64,000 nucleotides of DNA, taken from the NCBI GenBank assembly GCA_964016885.1, contig OZ024743.1, positions 323,082,001 through 323,146,000 of the forward strand, given 5' to 3'. Position 1 is the first letter of the stretch; every line of letters begins with the position of its first letter. Positions 1 to 14,383 of this stretch are shown here, piece by piece. The DNA is from Eledone cirrhosa. Lineage: Eukaryota. Both the position numbers and the translations under genes were made by a program. A model generated the notes under the pieces. The model ran no database searches. It saw nothing but the letters and a program-made list of their open reading frames with translations, and had not been told where the DNA came from.

Positions 1-3000
1 ATGCTCTGAAATAGCGATATATATGTGAATATAGACAGAATATTCGAAAATATTCTGTATGTTTATAGTAAACATTTTGAAGACCTAATCGCTATAGAAT
101 AGAATACGTCACGTATTACAATTAGATTCTCGATAAAAGCAAGGGAAGTAATCTACGCGTTTCATTCTTGTTAGAAATCTTCAGGACTACATATCCAGTG
201 CTTTTATCGAGAATGACACAGCTAGAGACTTATAGAATACTTAGCTGTGTACAGGAACTGGTTTGAAAGAGCGGTTGCCGGTCCGGCAGAAATTAGAAAT
301 TGGAATAAATGCTCTGAAATAGCGATATATATGTGAATATAGACATAGAATATTCGAAAATATTCTGTATGTTTATAATAAACATTTTGAAGACCTAATC
401 GCTATAGAATAGAATACGTCACGTATTACAATTAGATTCTCGATAAAAGCAAGGGAAGTAATCTACGCGTTTCATTCTTGTTAGAAATCTTCAGGACTAC
501 ATATCCAGTGCTTTTATCGAGAATGACACAGCTAGAGACTTATAGAATACTTAGCTGTGTACAGGAACTGGTTTGAAAGAGCGGTTGCCGGTCCGGCAGA
601 GATTAGAAATTGGAATAAATGCTCTGAAATAGCGATATATATGTGAATATAGACATAGAATATTCGAAAATATTCTGTATGTTTATAATAAACATTTTGA
701 AGACCTAATCGCTATAGAATAGAATACGTCACGTATTACAATTAGATTCTCGATAAAAGCAAGGGAAGTAATCTACGCGTTTCATTCTTGTTAGAAATCT
801 TCAGGACTACATATCCAGTGCTTTTATCGAGAATGACACAGCTAGAGACTTATAGAATACTTAGCTGTGTACAGGAACTGGTTTGAAAGAGCGGTTGCCG
901 GTCCGGCAGAAATTAGAAATTGGAATAAATGCTCTGAAATAGCGATATATATGTGAATATAGACATAGAATATTCGAAAATATTCTGTATGTTTATAATA
1001 AACATTTTGAAGACCTAATCGCTATAGAATAGAATACGTCACGTATTACAATTAGATTCTCGATAAAAGCAAGGGAAGTAATCTACGCGTTTCATTCTTG
1101 TTAGAAATCTTCAGGACTACATATCCAGTGCTTTTATCGAGAATGACACAGCTAGAGACTTATAGAATACTTAGCTGTGTACAGGAACTGGTTTGAAAGA
1201 GCGGTTGCCGGTCCGGCAGAAATTAGAAATTGGAATAAATGCTCTGAAATAGCGATATATATGTGAATATAGACAGAATATTCGAAAATATTCTGTATGT
1301 TTATAGTAAACATTTTGAAGACCTAATCGCTATAGAATAGAATACGTCACGTATTACAATTAGATTCTCGATAAAAGCAAGGGAAGTAATCTACGCGTTT
1401 CATTCTTGTTAGAAATCTTCAGGACTACATATCCAGTGCTTTTATCGAGAATGACACAGCTAGAGACTTATAGAATACTTAGCTGTGTACAGGAACTGGT
1501 TTGAAAGAGCGGTTGCCGGTCCGGCAGAAATTAGAAATTGGAATAAATGCTCTGAAATAGCGATATATATGTGAATATAGACATAGAATATTCGAAAATA
1601 TTCTGTATGTTTATAATAAACATTTTGAAGACCTAATCGCTATAGAATAGAATACGTCACGTATTACAATTAGATTCTCGATAAAAGCAAGGGAAGTAAT
1701 CTACGCGTTTCATTCTTGTTAGAAATCTTCAGGACTACATATCCAGTGCTTTTATCGAGAATGACACAGCTAGAGACTTATAGAATACTTAGCTGTGTAC
1801 AGGAACTGGTTTGAAAGAGCGGTTGCCGGTCCGGCAGAAATTAGAAATTGGAATAAATGCTCTGAAATAGCGATATATATGTGAATATAGACATAGAATA
1901 TTCGAAAATATTCTGTATGTTTATAATAAACATTTTGAAGACCTAATCGCTATAGAATAGAATACGTCACGTATTACGATTAGATTCTCGATAAAAGCAA
2001 GGGAAGTAATCTACGCGTTTCATTCTTGTTAGAAATCATCAGGACTACATATCCAGTGCTTTTATCGAGAATGACACAGCTAGAGACTTATAGAATACTT
2101 AGCTGTGTACAGGAACTGGTTTGAAAGAGCGGTTGCCGGTCCGGCAGAAATTAGAAATTGGAATAAATGCTCTGAAATAGCGATATATATGTGAATATAG
2201 ACATAGAATATTCGAAAATATTCTGTATGTTTATAATAAACATTTTGAAGACCTAATCGCTATAGAATAGAATACGTCACGTATTACAATTAGATTCTCG
2301 ATAAAAGCAAGGGAAGTAATCTACGCGTTTCATTCTTGTTAGAAATCTTCAGGACTACATATCCAGTGCTTTTATCGAGAATGACACAGCTAGAGACTTA
2401 TAGAATACTTAGCTGTGTACAGGAACTGGTTTGAAAGAGCGGTTGCCGGTCCGGCAGAAATTAGAAATTGGAATAAATGCTCTGAAATAGCGATATATAT
2501 GTGAATATAGACATAGAATATTCGAAAATATTCTGTATGTTTATAATAAACATTTTGAAGACCTAATCGCTATAGAATAGAATACGTCACGTATTACAAT
2601 TAGATTCTCGATAAAAGCAAGGGAAGTAATCTATGCGTTTCATTCTTGTTAGAAATCTTCAGGACTACATATCCAGTGCTTTTATCGAGAATGACACAGC
2701 TAGAGACTTATAGAATACTTAGCTGTGTACAGGAACTGGTTTGAAAGAGCGGTTGCCGGTCCGGCAGAAATTAGAAATTGGAATAAATGCTCTGAAATAG
2801 CGATATATATGTGAATATAGACATAGAATATTCGAAAATATTCTGTATGTTTATAATAAACATTTTGAAGACCTAATCGCTATAGAATAGAATACGTCAC
2901 GTATTACAATTAGATTCTCGATAAAAGCAAGGGAAGTAATCTACGCGTTTCATTCTTGTTAGAAATCTTCAGGACTACATATCCAGTGCTTTTATCGAGA

Positions 3001-3475
3001 ATGACACAGCTAGAGACTTATAGAATACTTAGCTGTGTACAGGAACTGGTTTGAAAGAGCGGTTGCCGGTCCGGCAGAAATTAGAAATTGGAATAAATGC
3101 TCTGAAATAGCGATATATATGTGAATATAGACATAGAATATTCGAAAATATTCTGTATGTTTATAGTAAACATTTTGAAGACCTAATCGCTATAGAATAG
3201 AATACGTCACGTATTACAATTAGATTCTCGATAAAAGCAAGGGAAGTAATCTACGCGTTTCATTCTTGTTAGAAATCTTCAGGACTACATATCCAGTGCT
3301 TTTATCGAGAATGACACAGCTAGAGACTTATAGAATACTTAGCTGTGTACAGGAACTGGTTTGAAAGAGCGGTTGCCGGTCCGGCAGAAATTAGAAATTG
3401 GAATAAATGCTCTGAAATAGCGATATATATGTGAATATAGACATAGAATATTCGAAAATATTCTGTATGTTTATA
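1..3475 (-). repeat. Tandem array of 308/310-bp hammerhead-containing monomers (retrozyme-like satellite), ~11.2 units, open at the left window edge
   Basis: ATGCTCTGAAATAG recurs at 1, 309, 619, 929, 1239, 1547, 1857, 2167, 2477, 2787, 3097, 3407; units differ by a 2-nt indel and a few SNPs; ends in a TA tract. Confidence 0.97.
148..190 (-). ncRNA. Type I hammerhead ribozyme, first of 11 copies (others start at 458, 768, 1078, 1386, 1696, 2006, 2316, 2626, 2936, 3246)
   Basis: Minus strand: GUAGUC CUGAAGA UUUCU-AACA-AGAAU GAAA CGCG UA GAUUAC = stem I / CUGANGA / stem II / GAAA / palindromic stem III ACGCGU / GUA cleavage triplet / stem I'. Stem I is extended by a perfect 16-bp inverted repeat (126-141 vs 199-214). 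Confidence 0.9.
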
Positions 3476-3496
3476 TATATACATATATATATATAT

Positions 3497-5131
3497 CATC
3501 ATCATCATCATCATCATCAACGTTTAACGTCCGTGTTCCACGCTTGCATGGGTTTGGACGGGGGTAGTCCCACTTGAGGCAAGAGTGATTGTCTTGCTCG
3601 CATAGGACTGTCTGGCAGATTTTCTACAGTTGGATGCCCTTCCTAACACCAACCACATTTACAGTGTGGGTCTGGGAGGTTTTTACCGTGTTGCCTACAC
3701 GGCCACATTACAGCGTGGACTGTGTGTTTTTTTGTCGTGACACCTACACGATCTCGTTTGTTTCGGCCTGGATGGCGCGGCACCAACATAACTTTACATG
3801 GAACGGGGTGGTGTGGATGGGGTGGGGGTGGTGGCGGGACGGGGTGTAGTTTGTTAGAGATGCCTACTGGCAAGGCGGGTCTTCTCTGTTACTGAGTACC
3901 GCCAAAGGTCACGGTCCAGTGACATTGTCTTGGAGAGGTGTAAGTGTATGAGGTCGGAGTTTATCAGCTCATCCCATGTTTTTCTAGGTCTGCCTATTCC
4001 GTGGCTACCGTCTATCTTTATTGCCCTGCACTTTGTAATACAGCTATCGACTTTCATGCGCATCGCGTGTCCATACCAACGCAGCCTTCTCTCGAGTAAA
4101 CAACATCTGATCCCTCTTATCTCTAATTTTTTCCTTAGTTCGTTTATGCTTTGCCGTTCACGTATATTACTGTTACACATCCAGCGGAGCATGCAAGCTT
4201 CGTTCCTCTCTAGTCTGCGTATATCCTCTGCACACAATGCCCAGGTCTCACTACCATGCAACATTGCTGTTCGTATGCAGGCATCGTACAACCTGCCTTT
4301 CATTTTTAGGGAGAACCCTTTAGCAGCTAATAGTGGTATAAGCTCTCTGAACTTTTTCCAACCAGTTCTGACTCTAGCTACAGTACTTTCAGAGCACCCT
4401 CCCCCACTGCTGATTTTATCGCCCAGGTAACGGAAGCTGTCCACTATTTCTATAGAACCCTCTGCGCAATTGAAAGAGCTAGTATTTTGTGGGCACTTGC
4501 TGCTACTTATTGCACCAGAACATCGGCCACATGTAAAGTCTATGTTCTTAGTTAGCTTACCTGTGATCCCACTACATCTTTTATGCACCCATACTTTGCA
4601 TTTAGGACATAAGATGGAGTTTCTACCTACGCCTTTCCTACATACCGAGCACGACCATTTCCCAGAAGGGACCGCCGCCTTGTTTTCTTTCCTACAAACT
4701 AGAACTTTGGTCTTAGCCAGGTTAATTTTAAGTCCTTTTGACTCTAGGCCGTGCTTCCATGTTTGGAATTTCTTCTCTAGCTCGGCCATTGATTCCGCTA
4801 TGAGTGTCAGGTCGTCTGCGTATAGGAGTTCCCATGGGCAGCCTGTCTTGAACTCCTCTGTTATAGCCTGAAGGGCAATAATAAATAGTAGGGGGCTGAG
4901 AACAGAGCCCTGATGGATGCCAACTTTTACGCTAAACTCTTCACTATATTCGTTGTTAATTCTAACCTTGCTGACTGTTTCTTTATACATGGCTTGTATA
5001 GCCCTCACAAGCCATTCGTCAACGCCTAGTTTTCTAAGAGCCCACCAGATAATGGAGCGGGGGACTCTGTCGAAGGCTTTCTCCAGGTCGACAAAAGCTA
5101 AGTAGAGGGGTTTACCTTTAGCTAGGTACTT
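3497..5131 (-). mobile_element. 5'-truncated RTE-clade LINE (subfamily A): RT, 3' UTR and (ATG)n tail
   Basis: Real coding part 3854-5131: [40 protein letters not shown]; (CAT)n on plus strand from 3497. Confidence 0.95.
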
Positions 5132-5799
<668 letters not shown>

Positions 5800-6014
5800 C
5801 ATCATCATCATCGTTTAACGTCCGTGTTCCATGCTTGCATGGGTTTGGACGGGAGTTTTCCCACTTGAGGCAAGAGTGGTTGTCTTGCTCGCATAGGACT
5901 GTCTGGCGGGTTTTCTACAGTTGGATGCCCTTCCTAACACCAACCACATTTACAGTGTGGGGCTGGGAGGTTTTTACCGTGTTGCCTACACGACCACATT
6001 ACAGCGTGGACTGT
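5800..6014 (-). mobile_element. 3' tip of RTE LINE (3' UTR plus tail only)
   Basis: Highly similar to ~3505-3724, including GGATGCCCTTCCTAACACCAAC and the (CAT)n tail. Confidence 0.93.
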
Positions 6015-6018
6015 CTGG

Positions 6019-7864
<1,846 letters not shown>

Positions 7865-7984
7865 TTGCTGTATTAATGTCCTGATTTCTCCAGCTTACTC
7901 CAACACCACTCTTGTTGGTTTATTTACATGTTTATACCTATATATTGATATGTTTATATATTTATACCTCTGCTGTACCAATGT

Positions 7985-8126
7985 GCTCTTCCACGTATTC
8001 CACTTCTATGTATCCATGTATTTCTACCCCTCACAGTGGGACCTGTACCCATTAGCTCTTCCACGTATTCCACTTCTATGTATCCACGTATTTCTACTCC
8101 TCACATTGGGACCTGTACCCATTAGC
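7985..8126. repeat. Two tandem copies of a 70-bp unit
   Basis: GCTCTTCCACGTATTCCACTTCTATG...GGGACCTGTACCCATTA at 7985 and 8055. Confidence 0.9.
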
Positions 8127-8139
8127 ACACGACACTAGA

Positions 8140-10048
8140 ATGTCTCCTCCTGAGAACAAAAATTAAACATTACACGACTATATCCCGTACTCTACATCCC
8201 ACTAGGATAAATTACAGATCTACATAATACAATTAACGTTTCTTCATAAAAGACTATTTAATTAAACCCCGCAACCCAAAACCTCATAGAAGTTATTTGA
8301 ATGTCTAATCTTCAATTTTCTGTTTGTTCAATTCTCAATCCTCTTACTCCTTAGTTTCATAATGTTATTCTGAATTCTTTCAACTTCATCCGATAGAGTT
8401 AAGCAAAATTCTGAAGTTCCAACTTTCTGTCGGACCGTTGGGTGGGTTTTAGCGGCGGCGCGACCAGCTCCCTGGCGAACGGGCTCACCTGGAGTGCTTG
8501 GAAAAATAAATTCCCCTTCTTTCAGTAAATGAAAATACTCGGCGTGGCTTAATTAGCCATGGGGCCCGGGGCGCGGCCGGTGTTTTAACCGCCAAATAGT
8601 ACCTTTAAATTACAGAACAAATCGGAACTATTATATATATCAACCTGAAACTGTTGAGCTTTAAATTTTCTAACCTCTTTAATATGGAATATTGATTATT
8701 AATTTATTAATTAATTTTTTAACTTCATCCTATAAGTCTAAACATTGTAACACACTGACCCCCAATATATTCACCTCTGCTAAGATGCGAGTCCCTGTGA
8801 AAATTTTGTCGCGCCACTCCTGGCCTGACTGTGGTGTGACATTAATATCGACCTTCCTTCCTCTCTCTTTCTATCTGCCTTCTTGTAGCTATCAACCATT
8901 ACTCTTTTACTTCTCTAAGCTAAATTTTAAAGTTCCAACTTTCTGTCGGACTGTTGGGTGGGTTTTAATGGCGGCGCGACCAGCTCCCTGGCGAACAAGC
9001 TCACCTGGAGTGCTTGGAAAAATAAATTTCCCCTTCTTTCAGTAAATAAAAATACTCGGCGTGGCTTAATTCGCCATGGGGCCCGGGGCGCGGCCGTTGT
9101 TTTAACCGCCAAATAGTACCTTTAAATTACAGAACAAATCGGAACTATTATATAATTAATTGTTAAACTGTTGAACTTTAAATTTTCTAACCTCTTTAAT
9201 ATTGAATATTGATTATTAAATTTTTTTAACTTCATCCTAGAAGTCTAAACACTGTAAAACACTGACTCCCAATATATTCATCTTCGCTAAGATGCGGGTC
9301 CCTGTGAAAATTTTCTCGCGCCACTCCTGGCTTGACTGTGGTCTGACATTAATATCGACCTTTCTTCCTCTTCCTTTCTATCTTCCTCCTTGTAGCCATC
9401 AACCCTTACTTTTCTACTTCTCTCTTCCTTTCCTTCTCTCCTCTCCTCCTCCCGCAGACTTATCTTCCTTCCCCCTCTTGCTTGCCTATATCTGACCAGT
9501 AGTAGTTACCTTCCTCTTTTAGCTGACATTAACCCTGACTTCTCTTCTTCTTTCTTCCCCCTTCTTCTCCTTCCTTTCTTTCTTTCTTTTACCTTGTGTC
9601 ATGGGATCGACGTTAACCTATGCTCCCATCTCTTTCTGTTTTCGTTCATCTGACCGGTAGTAGCATACTATAAAATTTAGCCACGTCACTCCAGGGCGAC
9701 CGGCTGAGGTTGAAGGAACAGAATAGCGGTCGCCCTCGGGTCTCGATTTTCAGCCCCATGGATTTTACCTATTACATTCACGTATTATATTTCGAATACC
9801 TGATGATATCACCGGATTCATACGGACCCGGTCATTGAAATGATCATAGTATAATAAACCTTTCAAGGATTTACACAAATCCAGCCTCCTGTCATTTCAT
9901 TATAATATTTAACTCCGTAATAGCACCACCAACTACAAAAACAAAGACGGTTGAACTGCTTTACGTTGAGTACTCTCTATATTATTGCATTACGATTGAC
10001 CATACGGAATAGACCAGCTCTATACAGTGGTGAACCTCAAACCTGAAT
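8140..10048 (+). mobile_element. Probable non-coding 3' region/pLTR of a Penelope-like element, with an internal ~515-bp tandem duplication (8400-8916 / 8916-9424); left boundary approximate
   Basis: Pyrimidine-rich tract, then hammerhead (9796-9852), AATAAA (9853-9858) and a GTTGAGTACT motif resembling the GTTGAGTGCT leader motif upstream of the PLE ORF starting at 16165; no RT/EN coding sequence seen. Confidence 0.6.
9796..9852 (+). ncRNA. Type I hammerhead ribozyme
   Basis: AUAC CUGAUGA [stem II with ACCGG/CCGGU] GAAA UGAUCA UA GUAU; stem I AUAC/GUAU; palindromic stem III AUGAUCAU; AUA triplet. Confidence 0.82.
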
Positions 10049-12041
<1,993 letters not shown>

Positions 12042-14180
12042 TAATATAAGATCAAAAGATGGTTAAAGGAGTTCCATATATTTTATTATGCGCATTTCAA
12101 AAACAAACATCATCATGCAATAATATTTGTGTTTTCATCAGATAAAACAGAACATGATATGAAGGCTAAAAAACACTTGTGGATAGTGCAGTTTTAAATC
12201 AACATATGAGAAGTGGTTTTAGATTGATGTGTGATATTGGGAAAAATATTTTATTTAGAGAGCGGGGGGGGAAGGATGAAAAAGGGGAGGAGATGAGAGG
12301 GAGAGATGGGTGATAGAGAGAAAGCGATAGTTTTTATAACTGAGAGAAGATATATCGTTTTACATAGAGAGGTTGAAAACCGTTGGAAGATAATGTATAA
12401 ATTAAAAGAATTTGAAAATTAACGAGGGGAAGATATGTGCGAGGAAAAAATATTTTATTTAGGGGGGGGGGGGGTGGAAAGGATGAAAAAAGGGGGAGGA
12501 GATGAGAGTGAAGGTGGAGAGGGAGAGATGGGTGATAGAGAGAAAGAGATAGTTTTTATAACTGAGAAAAGATATATTGTTTTACATAGAGAGGTTGAGA
12601 ACCGTTGGAAGATAATGTATAAATTAAAGGAATTTGAAAATTAACGAAGGGAATTTATGTATGAAGATAGAGAGAAAAAATAATAATTCTAACGTCAAAA
12701 AAAGTGTATGTTGATAAGTATTGTGGCAATTTCAAAATTAATGAAGAGAAAAAATTATTAAGGTTTGTGTGTAGAAGGATTTGAGAAAAATAATGTGAAG
12801 TTAAAGTTTGTATATTGAAGGAATTGATAATATATGCGAATAAAGAGTTAATATGTATTAAGAATGAGTTCGTTGATGGGGAGAAAAAAATAATAAATTA
12901 AGGATGAAATTGAGATTAAAAAGTTTTATGATGGAGAGAAAAAATAATAATTGCGGATGAATATTCTAACGTCAAAAAAAACAAATGTATATGTTATGAA
13001 GGATTTTACAAGGTGAAGATAGAAAGAGGGTAATGAGTAAACAAGTATTATAGAGTGTATAATGCCCTTTGAAGTAAGGTAGGAAGATGGGTATATTTTA
13101 AAGAGGTGTATGTATATGTGCCTTTGAGAAAAGATTCTAAATTGATAAAGAATTGAATATTAACTGTATACTTTGTGAAAAGTCCTATGGAATTTATGCA
13201 GGCAGATAGAAAACAAATCTGTATGTCTATTTATTATAGAATCTAGATTAGAGATAATGGTAAATTTTTCATTTAGGCAGAGATTACAGATTTTAGATAG
13301 AGAGCTGTTCAAGTATGAGGATGCAGAAGAAACCTTCTTCCAAAAGATGGTATATTTAATGTTTTTGTCTTTCAAGGACCATATGAGTTCTGAGAGAGCC
13401 GTGTTGGTTCTTTTAAGTTTGTATTTGAAAGATGAATGGTGATTATAGAGACGAGCTTTAAAAGAGGTGGAAGTGGAGCCAAAATAGGTGAAGGAATTGG
13501 TACTAGTTATAATTTTACATTCATAAATTAAGTTTTTATCGAGACAATGGTTGTTGAGAGGACATTTATTTTTAATGCGGCAGTTGCAATTAGAGAGATT
13601 ATTAATGAGTGACCTAGTGTTATCTATAGAAGGAATTGGATTGGAGAAGTTGTTTGCGATAGGAATAATAGTTTCTTGATTTAGAGTTGGATTATGAACA
13701 TTTAGCGAAGTTGTGTTTGACGTTGTATTTGGGTTTACAGAAGTTAGCCTAGGGTTTACAATGACGTCGGGAGTACTATTACTGTTATTATGAAATTCAA
13801 TGTTGGAAGGAAGAGATTTAGTATTTAGTATTTTATTGTTGTGTTTAGAGATGATGTTGGAAATATTGGAGGATGTAGAATAAGAAAATTTGATGGTGTG
13901 TTTGTTAAATATTTTACTATAGATATGTGAGGGAGGGAAGCATTTATTTAAGGCACTAAAAAATAATTTAGGAATATTGTTATTAATAGAGATGGAGAAA
14001 GGAGCATTATACCAGATTATGTTTTTGTATCTAGGTCTTTTATTAAAATTATTGGAATGATCATGATTAATTATTCTACTGTAAGTTTTTCTAGAATTTG
14101 TTTCTTTACTATATTTGATTTTATCTGGATAGCCGGCTTTAGAAAGTGCGTTATTATAGTAATTGGCGTTAGCATCAAAG

Positions 14181-14182
<2 letters not shown>
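12042..14182 (-). mobile_element. Penelope-like element A (Naiad-type), 3' half: RT thumb/linker, zinc finger, GIY-YIG endonuclease (coding 13160-14182), ~1-kb 3' UTR with a ~210-bp duplication
   Basis: IIWYNAPFS; [15 protein letters not shown] (CxCx5Cx5C); NLIY...YFG; FKARLYNH; CNLCLNEK; downstream hammerhead. Confidence 0.9.
12081..12147 (-). ncRNA. Type I hammerhead ribozyme in the 3' pLTR of PLE A
   Basis: Minus strand: UUUUAU CUGAUGA AAACACAAAUA...UGUUUGUUUUU GAAA UGCGCA UA AUAAAA; stem I UUUUAU/AUAAAA; palindromic stem III AUGCGCAU. Confidence 0.85.
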
Positions 14183-14255
<73 letters not shown>

Positions 14256-14266
14256 CATATATATAC

Positions 14267-14345
<79 letters not shown>

Positions 14346-14346
14346 C

Positions 14347-14379
<33 letters not shown>

Positions 14380-14383
14380 CATA
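14183..14383. repeat. (TA)n tract joining PLE A and PLE B
   Basis: Direct reading. Confidence 0.97.

Noticed and set aside
1-3475. CRISPR array or rDNA/5S tandem
   Set aside because: Whole units are near-identical with no unique spacers, and no rRNA motifs are visible.
3930-5105. Antisense ORFs over RTE, CR1 and Helitron coding regions (also 17436-18551, 33269-33994, 47830-48384)
   Set aside because: Shadow frames of the real TE coding strand with no independent motifs.
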